Below, one piece after another: positions 22,418-33,766 of a stretch of 64,000 nt of DNA. Below the pieces are notes generated by a model that worked only from the letters and a program-made list of their open reading frames with translations, was not told the origin of the DNA and did not search any database. The DNA lies in the NCBI GenBank assembly GCA_029953675.1, contig JAMWBK010000001.1, positions 992,001-1,056,000 of the forward strand, in the 5' to 3' direction. The stretch comes from Rhodosorus marinus CCMP1338. Lineage: Eukaryota > Plantae > Rhodophyta. The translations under genes were made by a program, and so were the position numbers. How positions within the stretch are numbered: position 1 is the first letter of the stretch; each line of letters opens with the position of its first letter.

Positions 22418-23779
22418 TATTACAATAATACTCTTCACACCCCTCCGACCTTCCCAAGCCTGTAACCCCAGCAAAAGAAACTGCTAGGACCTTCTCGCAA
22501 ATCCGACATGCAGATGCCCTCGTCGCCTACCACACGCCTGCTAGCTGCTGATCCCCATTAAGAAGGATTCTTCTCAAACACGAAAGATGGCAAAAAAAGA
22601 ATCTTACCGCGATCGACACGACAGATCGTAAGCTCCCCCCTACCCCACAGGTGGAGACGAAAGAAAAAGTATTGGAAACAGAACTAACGAAATTACTTAC
22701 AAGTTTCTGAGGCGGGAGGAGTACGTTGGAAACGTATGTAGAATACGGACAATATGCACAACTACTGCCATAGCCCCCTGCGGAAATTCGCCTTCAGATG
22801 GAACCGAAACGTCTATATTTTCTCGTGAGGGTGCGGTGACCTTAGACCCGCCCTGAGCTTAGTAACGTCTATTCAACTACCTGCTTAAAAAACATGGATT
22901 ATTATTATTTTCGTACACGTCACATCGCAATTCTGTAGCCATAGGGGGTCAACCGGAGGCGCTCACCCTCGAGTTTTTCAAAATACATACTTTTTATTCT
23001 TGTCGGAGGGGGGGTAGGAGAGTGCGTTGTTACGCAATCATGTGTTCCTATTGGCTACTGAGGCACCAGCCAAAATTTTTGTAAGGACGACCCCAGCGCT
23101 CCAGCAACGCACAATTTCACAGGTTTTTTTTTTTTTCCATTCTACCTCTTCGTGATTGAGGTCAGTCACAATGGATGAAAAAGATATTGCTTCACGCGCC
23201 GCCCCTAAGCAAACAGAAATCCTAAAAATATTATGGCTTTCGTGGGTTTGCGAGTACTACATGTGACTTTTTACCACAGATTTCCAGTCGGTTAAAGGTT
23301 CCATGGAAAAAGATCCACGCCCAAATCCTGTGTGCCAGTGGGTACCTTTGTCCTTTCAAACCTGCGTAAGGGCTTTCCTTCTTGCGACTCGATCACCGCC
23401 ACCCAGATAAACACAACGTTTTCAGGGGCCAGATTGGAACCGAAGCTATTCTGAAGATCGTAAATGATGATTGATTGAGTTCGGTTATCTAATGACGCGT
23501 GCTATCCATTGCACCTGAAACGGAAATACTAAAGAGGGTCAGAATGTTCCGGGAATATATGCATGGAAGCAAGGGAACAATATATCCGTTGTTGTTTGTG
23601 GACAGTGCTCGAGTCCTCTGGTTGCGTGAGTGCATTGGGGGTTCAACATGATTGTTGTTCGCGCTTCCAATAGCTTCTTTGTTTAGACCCCTTGGCGGAG
23701 TTCAGCCGTCCTTGTTTTGAAGGCTCTCTTTCCTTGCGTTGTGTGTACTTCTTCCGTCTAGGGTTTGTTAGCCCCCGAT

Positions 23780-23895
23780 TGAAAGTCTTGAACATCCGGT
23801 TCTCCGCAATGAAAGTCTTGAACATCCGGTTCTCCGCAATGAAAGTCTTGAACATCCGGTTCTCCGCAATGAAGGTCTTGAACATCCGGTTCTCC
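23780..23895. repeat. 30-bp tandem repeat, about 3.9 copies
   Basis: TGAAAGTCTTGAACATCCGGTTCTCCGCAA repeated directly with no spacers. Confidence 0.95.
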
Positions 23896-24189
23896 TCCTT
23901 GCACCTCTTTGCGCCAGTAGAATTGACTGCTCAAGATATTCAGCCGATCAGAACTAGCTCTGAAGGATGCGTATAAACGGAGGAGGGCAAAAGCCAAGTG
24001 CGTTGTCAAGACCAACTGGTTTACACTTGTACTCCCATGCGAGCAGAACCAGCGGGACACTCGCTTCTGTCAAAGGTTGTACTGTGTACTGCCAGCGTGA
24101 AATTATCCGCGGCAAGGAAGATCATCACATAATTTTCGATTCCAAACCGGGGCGCTTTTGCGTTGTCGACTACTCTGTGCCCTAGCATA

Positions 24190-24900
24190 CTCGCCTTGTT
24201 ACGAGTACTCCACCAAGCTGCAGTCCTCAAGAGCTTGTTCCAACAGTGTTCCACTTGAAAAGCCAGCTTTCCCAGTCTTGGAACACGCCATATAGTTGTT
24301 TTCTTGTCTTCCACTTTTTTAGGATTTTCTTCTCCACCAAATCCGGCCACCAAAATCAAATGGTTGATCCTCCATACTCCTGTAAGGAAGCAGTTGTTTA
24401 ATCGGCAAGGGCATGTGAACTGCGAAACTGAACGCGCCACAATCAAGCAACGAATAAGCTAACAAACAAACACATTCATTCGGTAAGCATTTAGAGCTTC
24501 GTATTCGATCCACTTGGAGGAATACGACTAGCAGAGGGCGCATTAGCACACTCGATTTGTTACGACTACTCCACCAAGCTTCAGTCCTCAAGAGCTTGTT
24601 CCAGCAGTGCTCCACTTCAAAAGTCAGCTTTCCCAGTCTTGGAACACGCCAGATAGTTGCCTTTCTTGTCTTTCGTTTTTTTAGGGACTTTCTTCTTCCT
24701 CAAAATCGGGCCATCAAAATCAAATGGTTGACCCTCCATATTTCTATAAAGCGGGGCATGTGAACTGCAAAACTGGATGAGCCACAGTCCCGCAATGAAG
24801 AAGCTAACAAACCTTCATTCGGGCAGCATGTAATAGAGCTCCCGTATTCGATCCACCGGACAATATCAGGTCTGTAGCTCTCCCTATTAGTGAGAAACGA
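24190..24900 (-). repeat. ~360-bp diverged tandem duplication, possibly a PIF/Harbinger ORF1 (Myb/NAM-associated) remnant
   Basis: 24208-24520 is homologous to 24568-24860. Both encode L(A/T)F(Q/E)VEHCWNKLLRT(A/E)AWW, resembling the F..EHCW..L....W motif. The duplication is certain; the identity is weak. Confidence 0.5.
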
Positions 24901-25149
24901 GTAAACCGTCCTCGCTTCAAAAAGGGTCCTGCTTACTAAAAGTTTCCGCCCCTTTGCGTTTTTGGCGGCCAGCAGCAAATGCGTCTCAGGAACCATATGA
25001 AATTTGTCAAAAAGGGAAAACTGTAACACTTTTTCCGGAAAAAGCTCGATGCCCGTTCTACCTGCTTTTCATCAACCGTCGAACAATTTTTTGTGCGGAT
25101 AGAATATCGAAAACAATTATAAAATTCAGATATATTTGACTAAAATTCA

Positions 25150-25638
25150 TAAAACAAACGAGTCCGATTCCTTGTCCGATAAACGATCCAATAAAACGTC
25201 CGATATTCAATCAACGTGAGTTTAATAGTCAATCATTTCCCGTCCAGATATTGAATCATGATTAATTCTCAGACTAACAAGCTGTCACTGTCATATATTG
25301 AATTGAGATTATTTATGAGTTCCACAGATTGTCATACTCGATCTAATTGGTTTTCCCGAGGAAGGGAAAATGATAATAGAGTGTAACTTGGGAACCACGC
25401 AGGCCTTTAACAATATGGAGAAAAAGTAAAAATGGTTCGATCTCTTTTTGAGATTCGTCTTTGATTGAAGAATATCGGACGCAAATCGGTCGTTGCTGAC
25501 CAAGGGGCTGTTTTTCTCCCTTATTCAGGTTTGATAGTTCTAGATATTCCGCGATTGCAGGTTCGAGAAACTCTAAAGGACGGTCTGAAATTTATCGGAC
25601 ATTATCGGACAGTGTTTTCGGACGTAAACGACAACCCC
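25150..25638. mobile_element. MITE/hAT-like element, copy 2 (empty retro insertion site)
   Basis: Colinear with 10160-10249 plus 10781-11239. Shares GTCCGAT/ATCGGAC motifs and the right end GACAACCCC; the left TIR was not recognised. Confidence 0.6.
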
Positions 25639-26463
25639 GTTTATTGTATTGCCAAAAACGTTTAAATCGAAACCCAAAAACAAAACAAAAACAGTATATG
25701 GGCAAGCTCAATTCTCGCATCCATAGCGTTAGCTCAGGGGATCCGGTTTTTGGACATCCCAGCCGGATGTACAGGCAATGTGGAAAACATGGCGGATTTT
25801 TGGGGGTTTAGTGGAAGTATTTTGATAAGTCCTATCGGTAGGAACTAGAACGTAAATACTACCTAGGTAGGTTCGTCCCGAGGACAAATTACCGTACAGG
25901 AAAATACCATTTACCAGGTAATAAACCAGAAAAATAAACGCTGAGCAACTAAACTCCGATTCGGAAAAAATGATTGAATTCTGCTCCAATTCCCAGAATC
26001 AGTCGAATTGGTATGGATTGCGAACAATAACAGTCAATATCGTATGATCATCCATAATCAATCAATATTCCGGGGTTCTTGTTAAGTGGTCAGTCTCTTT
26101 GTGTTTAAGGATTTCTGGTCTGCGTCAATTTCCCAGCTTTTGGTGTCGCGTTGTGTCGAAAGCCGTTAACACACTGAAAAGTCACGCTTGGAGTTGGCCT
26201 GCACATGTAAGGCGTTTAACGGTTAAAAAGGTGATTTTGAAACAATTTGAAAACGATTACCGCCAATTACCGATATTTTTACTCCTCGAAATTGGGGTCG
26301 TTTTCGCTTTGCCGGTAATAACGGTAACAAGTCCAATTACCTACAATGGGACAAAGACACAAGAACCCTCTAGATACCTGCCGAATTGGTATTAGAGGCT
26401 TTTCGCGATCAAGTTAACAGACATCAACCTTCCGTTATCTCTACGATTGAACCCCGACGTCAC

Positions 26464-26746
26464 AAAGAAGTGAAATACGCAAGGGCTTTGTCTTCCCCTG
26501 GAATTCGAGCTTTTGCTTTAGCTACCCTTGCTACTTGAGCGCGTTTTGGTTTTATGGATCCCGTGTTTCCTGTTGGCCCCAAAACTTGATCCGTGAGAGC
26601 CCCGACCGGCTCTCCTCGTTTACCGATTTGATTTTCCTGCTGTGGCGGTGCTTTGACGTTGGAGACGCGCGATCTTCGCCTCTAGTAGTCTTTGGCTCCT
26701 CTCGAGTTTGTTTTTCTCAGCCTCCGAATAAGCACATTCATTCAAT
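26464..26746 (+). mobile_element. Family A retroelement 3' end
   Basis: KEVKYARALSSPGIR... remnant and 3' UTR ending CAGCCTCCGAATAA..CATTCATTCAAT. Confidence 0.85.
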
Positions 26747-27479
26747 CTGGTCACATGGGTTTAAACACCGAATAGTGTCGCTCAAGGACGCTGTTGCGGA
26801 AGTGTGGTTGTAGCAGCTATCTACTCGCTTTATTCCGTTATACACTGTTATCCTTGAGGGGTAAATTCTAAGATTGACCAACTAGCCCCCGCCTTTTGTC
26901 TTTGTCCTCCACCCAGGCCCCTTTCTAATTCAGACCATTCTGCGTCATCCCTTCCCACGATCTGTAAGAAAGAATCCTCGAAAGCAAGGAAAGCATGTGG
27001 CATGTTCAGCGGTCCGAAACCAGATCCGTTAGTCTGGGGTTCCAGCAGGGAGCTCCCTAGTAAAACGTTCACGGGTACTGTTGGGAAACGGTGGGAGAGG
27101 AAAAACAAATACTCCTGCGCTGTACACGATGTGTGTTAAAAAAGTCGGACATATGACTTTGACTCTGTGTCCTCTACTTCTTGTTGTTTTTCAGCGAGGC
27201 GCTTGCTAGGCGCTTGACATATTCCTCAATGTTTGCTTTGATAAGAGTAGTTATGCAGCATCTTCGATGCAAGTATCCAATGAGGTATTGCCGTTCGACT
27301 ATCAAATCCTTCTTGATTCCCATCACGGTATTCTGATTTAGCACTGCATCACAGTCTTCCAATATGCACAACGCACGCACACATGGTCATGGGGTCATGC
27401 CTCCAAATATCTTCATGGTCGCATGATTGCCTTAGGTCTCCTGGAACACATTCAGTGCTTCGGAGTGTCGCTTCCCTTG

Positions 27480-27920
27480 GACACGCTTGCTAACAATTTG
27501 CCTCAAAATCAAGGGTGCCCTTCAAACTTTCATCAACTTTGGGGTTACATTCGCTTTTGGGCGAGCCAACGTGTTGTCTTTACCGCTTTCCGGGCTCTTG
27601 TGGACTATTGAGAGGTCATCGTACGAAACATCACACCCATCTGAAGTACATGCTTAGCGATCATTTGACCAGAATTGGCCACAATGTTGAGGTTGAATCA
27701 GGACTGCCCTTATCAACCTCTGCCGCCAACCCCCCCGGGTTGCATCGCAGATCTACTGGTATCGGACGCCGCCGCCAGATTCTCAGCTCAGATTATGCGG
27801 ACCTCGCTGTCACTTGGCCTGTTTCAAGCACCTATCTCCCCTCTGCCGCTCTCCCCCGCGGGGCAGCAGCTTGTGTACTTCGCCGACTGAAGTAAGGACG
27901 ACATGCCGAGAGCATGGCCA
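27480..27920 (+). mobile_element. Family B retroelement fragment (zinc knuckle to RLE), degenerate
   Basis: GSCGLLRGHRTKHHTHLKYMLSDHLTRIGHNVEVES..YADLAVTWPVSSTYL matches ORF2 of 45752-48823. Confidence 0.85.
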
Positions 27921-28262
27921 CTAAAAACCCCGGAGGGGAATAAAAGGATTAAGCGCGGCGAAGATCGCGCGCCTCCAACATCAAAGCAGCGTTCATACGC
28001 CACAGAAAGAAACTTAAATGGGTAAACAACGAGGACAGACGGTCAGGGCGTTCGCGGAACAATTCCCGAAGTCAACGAGAACCAACTGAATGCGTATCCC
28101 CAAAACACTCAGTGACCAGAGGTACCAGGCGATGAGCTAGAGCCGAAGCGCGAATGCCTGGGGAAGACAAGGCCCCCGCCGATTTCAACTCTTTGCGACG
28201 TCTCATATTGGCAGCGGCAAATCGTGAGGATGATGGGCCCGGACATTGGCAAGCACAGTCGT
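27921..28262 (-). mobile_element. Family A retroelement 3' fragment, tail-to-tail with the family B fragment
   Basis: MRRRKELKSAGALSSPGIRASALAHRLVPLVTECFG. Confidence 0.85.
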
Positions 28263-28989
28263 GTTTGGCGATGTGGACCTGGAGGAAGTGTAGGGGTTGA
28301 GTGGGTGTGTATCTTTTGGAAGGAGAATTCCTTAGTGCTCCGATTTTAGTTGTGGAGCACATTTTGGCAGTATGGGGGGGTGTATGGACTTTTCTGGTTT
28401 TCGGGAGCATGGCCTGGAGTGGTTTTCATCGGGAACTTGGCGATGGCGTTCGTGACCGAGTAGAGCAATGCGGATTTGGGCCGCCCACTGTAGAGAAACA
28501 CAACCACTCAGCAGGAAGGGGTGGGGGGGGGAGGGGGAATGTAGTGTCGATGAAGGATGAAGAGATGCTCCCTCATGCCTCCTTCCCTCGCCCTCCGCCG
28601 ATCGCTCTTTATTAGCTAAGCGGGATCGTTTGTCATTATCAAATCACTAATCTTGTTGTGAGGGCGATGAGCTCTGCGCAGTTAGATGCTTTTTTTCCCA
28701 TATTTTTTCTTGGTTTTCGTCATCTTGAAAAGTGCCATGTTGGAGCGACTTGGAATCTCATTCTTCACCACCCTCGCAGTGGTGGCTTTTTGGCACCCTC
28801 GCAGTTGCATAGAAAAAGCACAGTTTTACTGGCGATAGATTTGTGAACGGACAGTGGGGGGCGACGTGTAGTATTAAAAACTGTTTCTAGTGGAACGGAA
28901 GAAACTGGCCCAGAGGCCCTGATTCCACGTGAGTAAGCATTTCCGCAAACGAGAAGAGAATTGGCTAACATCTTCAACTTTGGTCAGTT

Positions 28990-29260
28990 TTCTTCTCATC
29001 TACACAACATCCAGTCTCCCGGAAAAACATACTTGGCAGAGGGAAGGGCGATTAGAGTGCCACGGGGCTCCGACAAACCCAGGTAGATCCGAGCCGCAGT
29101 CCGGAACTGGGAGGCCTCCAGACGTTGGCGGGGAGACCAGGGTAGATTGGTTAACCCCAGGTGGGATAGATGACATCCCATCCCGCGTAGACGAGCCGCG
29201 GTCGTGGGCGGTGTGGGCGGAGAGTTGAGCAAGATTGCGTGAAGAGAAGTAGGAGTGGAT
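28990..29260 (-). mobile_element. Family B internal fragment
   Basis: LNSPPTPPTTAARLRGMGCHLSHL..FRTAARIYLGL. Confidence 0.8.
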
Positions 29261-29924
29261 GGAACGAATCAGGGCTGGTGATGCAGGGAATAAATCTACG
29301 ATCACCCTTAAGTCGTTAAACGAATGTAGTATGGTACCCCGCTCTGAGGTGTCATTAGTCAAGCTCAATTTGTTCTTGCGCATCGCTGGTGCTACATTTG
29401 CAAAAAAGTAAATCGTCCCTAGTTCGCATTGCGCCCTGCGTGGCGCTTAAAGATGTGTTGGTTGGTAACAAAACCAGATTTAAGAGTGTCGCAGATCCTC
29501 TTCTTCTCCTTTTATTCCAACCACAGTTGATGGCTTTTTTAAGATCACTATTTGTACAATTCCAGTCTCTGAGGATCCTTGGACTTAGGGAAAACGTGCA
29601 TGCAAATGCAAGCGTGCAAAAATCTTAATCCTACCCCAGGCTTGATACCAAATAATCTGGCAGCTGACAAATTACGAATCGCTAAAAGCGACCACAATGG
29701 CTCTTTGTTAGTTCCGCCGTCGGTCACCAATTCCGCCTGTACAGAAACCCTGTCTAAGTTCAGTCAATATATGAAATCTTGATTGCTTACGGGTTTTTCG
29801 ATTGACCTATGGGTGTCCCATATCTGGTTTTGTACTAGACCCCTCTGAACGCAGAGGCATTTAAGTGGGTTTCCAAGGAGCATTCGATACGTGCAGACCA
29901 GTTGCAATCTGCCAACGCTAACAT

Positions 29925-30550
29925 TGGATGAAATTGTTTAATCGGAGGCTGAAAGAAAAAAAAAAAAACCCCGAGGGGAATAAAAGGATTAAGTGCGGCG
30001 AAGACCGCGCGCCTCCAACATCAAAGGAGCGTTCATACGCCACAGAGAAAGAAACTTAAATGGGTAAACAACGAGTACAGACGGTCAGGGCGTTCGCGGA
30101 ACAATTCCCGAAGTCAACGAGAATCAACGGAACGCATAACCCCAAAGCATTCAATGACCAGAGGTACAGCGATGAGCTAGAGCCGAAGCACGAATGCCTG
30201 GGGAAGACCAGGCCCCCGCATATTTCAACTCTTTGACGTCTCATATTGGCAGTGGAAAAAGCACGGCGCTCTCCCGCAGCCGGCAAATAGCGACTAGTCT
30301 GAGGATTAGGAACAGCAAGATCAACGCTGCTTTGTTAAAGCTCCCTGTTGTACTGTTAATACGACAGGAAACTGAGACCAGCAAACGCCGAGTGCTTCGG
30401 TTACCACAATCGCCCTTAATGCATGAATGTGTTTAATCGGAGACTGAAAGAAAAAAAACCCGAGGGGAAAACAAAAAACTAAGCGCGGTGAAGCTCGCGC
30501 GCCTCCAGCATCAAAGCGGCGTTCATACGCCACAGCAAGAAACCTAAACG
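29925..30550 (-). mobile_element. Two head-to-tail family A 3' ends (29925-30335 and 30420-30550)
   Basis: Two copies of the RLE C-terminus/3' UTR, each ending ..CTCCGATTAAAC..; the second starts about 10 bp after the stop of the 30559-31440 gene. Confidence 0.85.
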
Positions 30551-30558
30551 GGTCGCCA

Positions 30559-31440
30559 TTAATAGTGCGGGGGGTAGTGGTAGCACTTGAGCGGCGTTGG
30601 GCAGCCCTGGTAGTGGCTGTACTTGGGGCATGCAAAATGGTCAGGATATCCCCAGTAGATCCTGTGGTCGTAGTAGCAACGATGTCGATTATTGTGATCA
30701 GGGTAGCGATTGTGGCGGTCATGGTCGTTGTGGCGGTTATGGTCGTTGTGGCGGTTATGGTCGTTGTGGCGGTCATGGTCGTTGTGGCGGTCATGGTCGT
30801 TGTGGCGGTCATGGTCGTTGTGGCGGTCATGGTCGTTGTGGCGGTCATGATCGTTGTGGCGGTCATGGTGGTTGTGGCGGTCGTTGTCGTTGTTACCGTC
30901 ATTCGAGTGCTGCCTGATTGAGTAGTGATACCTGCATGTATATTTCTTCGCGCTGACCTTGAAGTACAGGCAGATATCGGGGCCGTTGCAGCATCCGGTT
31001 TCGCCATAGGCGTAGAAAGTATCCAGGCAGACGTAGAGCGTTTTCCCATAGTAGTATCCGTGGCTTTGCACGTAGTAGGGGTCCCCACCCGAGCTATGGC
31101 AATTGGAGCTCGCACCGGCGTACAGTTTTTCGAATTTCCAGTCCTTTTCGGCGTAGAACTTGAATGCGATGCAGGTCCTGTGGCTGTAAGTCACGATGGA
31201 GACGCAGACGTAACCGATTTTGGTGTAGCCATTACTGTAGAGCGTGTAACATTTCTTGTTCTTATAGTTGAACAGGTAGACGTATTTGTACTTGTTCGCG
31301 TACCACGAGCAGTAGTACTTTTGGGTATAGTGCTGGCCGTGGCTCGCCCGAACTGACGTGGTATCCTCCAGGCTCTCATTCTGGGCAAGCGCCGCACCCA
31401 GAACTGCCAGTATCGCAAGCAACGCAATCTTGTTCATCAT
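30559..31440 (-). CDS. Secreted Tyr/His-rich protein (293 aa): Cys-containing globular domain, (HNDHDR)n repeat, Tyr/Cys/His tail
   Basis: Signal peptide MMNKIALLAILAVLGAALA; one open frame; domain CYTL..IGYVCV..CIAFKF..VCLD..GCC shared with 56146-57495. Confidence 0.85.
   Translation of the reverse strand: MMNKIALLAILAVLGAALAQNESLEDTTSVRASHGQHYTQKYYCSWYANKYKYVYLFNYKNKKCYTLYSNGYTKIGYVCVSIVTYSHRTCIAFKFYAEKDWKFEKLYAGASSNCHSSGGDPYYVQSHGYYYGKTLYVCLDTFYAYGETGCCNGPDICLYFKVSAKKYTCRYHYSIRQHSNDGNNDNDRHNHHDRHNDHDRHNDHDRHNDHDRHNDHDRHNDHDRHNDHNRHNDHNRHNDHDRHNRYPDHNNRHRCYYDHRIYWGYPDHFACPKYSHYQGCPTPLKCYHYPPHY
30711..30890. repeat. 18-bp coding minisatellite, about 10 units
   Basis: TGTGGCGGT(C/T)ATGGTCGT repeated; encodes HNDH(D/N)R on the minus strand. 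Confidence 0.97.
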
Positions 31441-31867
31441 GAATCCCTGTGTATTCAAGCTGCATCAAGTAACCCTCCCAATAGATGCTCTGACTTGGAT
31501 TTCTCCCTCCAAAGCCTCTGACAATCTCTCCGGTGATGTGGCTTTATATAGTCTTTGAGCTGAAGAGGATGCAAAACCTCTAAGAATGATGTAGACCTCT
31601 CAGGAGCCCGTTGATTCTGAAGAATTTAGACCCATTGCATCGAGAACCAGCGTCGTAGTCTCTGGCAAAGATTTCTGCTCGAGACTCTCTGCAGAGTGTT
31701 CGGGAATTTCACAGAAAAGGGGACAAGGAACTAAGGAAGCAATTAAGGCAACGTATTCGAAAAGCTTGAGGTAAAAAGATCTTCGAACAGCAGAGTCCGT
31801 TGCTCCTTAATTAATTTTTAAGTAGCGAAGAAGAGAACAAACGTAAGTTTGCCGCCAGCTGATGAGA

Positions 31868-32125
31868 TACTGACGTTTGCCTTTCGTTGGAAACGGCCGG
31901 GTGCTATGTAGCGCCATCTACCTCTGCGTGAGCGTGTGTAGCTGTTGGTTTAAACAGCCCCCCATTCGCCACGGGACTTGTAAACAGGTGTTTCCCGCAA
32001 GCTGGAGAGAGACTGACGTTGCCTTTCGTTCGAAACGGCCGGGTTTGGTGTAGAGCCATTCGCCATCTGTGTGAGCGTGTGTATCTGTGGGACTGAATAC
32101 CCCCGTTTGCCACGGAACAGGTAAA
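31868..32125. repeat. ~145-bp diverged tandem duplication upstream of the His/Tyr-rich gene
   Basis: ACTGACGTT(T)GCCTTTCGTT(G/C)GAAACGGCCGGGT..GTGAGCGTGTGTA..GCCACGG occurs twice. Confidence 0.8.
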
Positions 32126-33692
32126 AGTGGTTTGTTGTTTCCTTAGCAAGACGACGAGGCACCGGGTGATGAGTGGGTTTGGACTTTGGTCGCGGATTCG
32201 AAGATTTCCATGAACTCTTAATGAACTCGCTAAAATTTTCTTGTCAAGTAGACGGTTTGACTACGTGAGCACGAGATAATCCCGCCCCCTTCACGTCCTC
32301 CTCATTGGGTTGATCAACAAGTGCTAAAGGGACCGGAGAAATGTTTCGTGGACGTCAACCGGAACTTGAGCTGTGTACAAGATGGAACGTTTTACGCTGA
32401 AAGCGATGTCCTCCCCGATACGATCCACTTGGTACTTTTATTGATTGAGGTAGACAATTAGCAAGCATCCCTGTCCCTAAACGTGATCGCGACCAATTTG
32501 TATTCGTCTTCGTCTCAGCACTTCCGTAGTCTGATCTACAAGGTAAACCGATCCGATTAAGTTAAACAACACGAAACAGACGTGGATGGCGATGGAGGCA
32601 TCGAAATAAACACTGGAAGATCTTTTCTATTCAATCTACACTTGCGCTCATCCCAACCGGCAAAGGGCCTGTCCCCAGTCGATCTAATTGCCTCCTGTCG
32701 TGGACGCGTCCCGGGGACCGGATGACTGTATTTTAAGAATCTCTCTACATATTAAACGAATCGACTACATTCCTAAATGAGATCTTCACATTTACATCAA
32801 CCACTTAGCCTCTCTAGGTCTCCCCATGCTTTGGGAGGGAAGGCTGGTCTGGAAAACAAGCCGCGCAACCTGAAAACCAGATCTGCAGGCTCAACCCTCC
32901 AGATCAAAAGTGGTGGTGGTGGTAAGCAAATGAATTCCCAATTGTCGCTGTGTGCTGAGGAGTGCTCTTGGAAGCGTTATAGTCAAGCTACGCAAGCCAA
33001 TGGCATGCTTCAAAAGAGCCACTTAGACAAGAAATTACTCAAATCAGTTACAAGCTTCGCGCTCCTCGTGCACACCTGATCCCACATCTTTACTCGAATA
33101 CTAAAACAAATCCTCCAAGGCAGGCGGGGAGGGGGGGGGGAAGGTGGGAAGGTGGAGGGAAGGGAAGACTACCCATAGCTCGAATCACGTGCTTCCAATG
33201 GTGTTTGGCGACAACATAGAATTCAGGCGAATGCACCCCGAAGACTGCTGACATGAATGAAACAAACCACTCACAAACCCTCGCCACGCTTATACGAGTG
33301 CTCATAGCAAAGAGTCAAGAAATCTAGAGCCTACACGATCCATAAATGAATCTATGCTCTAATTGGGAGATGTTTAGAGACTCTCACAGTTTTACTTTGG
33401 AGTGGGTAGTGAAGATACGGGTCTTCGTGTACTTGGCTAGAAGCTTTTGAAAGAGGGAATATCTAACCTTCGCCAGTTCCTTCATTTACACAAAGTGGTG
33501 GTTTCACTGGAGAAAGCCCCAAACGGAACTGCGTTGCTGAGTTCCCAGAAGATTTTAGTGTAAACAGAAGGCTGGGTGACCTGGCTGGTGAGGGGAGAAC
33601 TTAAGGTTGACATGCTCTCGGGGTAACCATTCGTTCGTTCGGGGTACCGTCGTTTCTTATGGCGGTAAAGAATTGCAGCTGCCGCCCTTCAG

Positions 33693-33766
33693 TGGTGGTT
33701 TTGCTAGCACTAGTAAAACCACCACTAGCATAGCCTGATGCGCTACGCAAGACGTAATTGAAACTA
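33693..33766 (-). mobile_element. Ultra-short family B 3' tip with snap-back tail, 11-bp TSD
   Basis: CCGCCCTTCAG at 33682-33692 and 33767-33777; contains CTTGCGTAGCGCATCAGGCTATGCTAG; 17-bp hairpin arms at 33691-33707 / 33710-33726. Confidence 0.75.

Noticed and set aside
23780-23895. 30-bp direct repeats as a CRISPR array
   Set aside because: The repeats are contiguous with no spacers, there are no cas genes, and the context is eukaryotic.
26071-26370. Possible MITE with GGGTTCTTGT / ACAAGAACCC ends
   Set aside because: Only a 10-bp match, with no TSD and no second copy in the window.
30321-31115. Mucin-like Thr-rich ORF (TATTTM)n in the alternative minus frame
   Set aside because: It has no signal peptide and is a frame-shifted reading of the same 18-bp repeat. 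The HNDHDR frame is continuous with the signal peptide and matches its Tyr/His composition.
31858-31900. CTGATGAG...GAAAC as a hammerhead ribozyme core
   Set aside because: Stem II cannot close next to the core, stems I and III are not evident, and the duplicated copy lacks CTGATGA.
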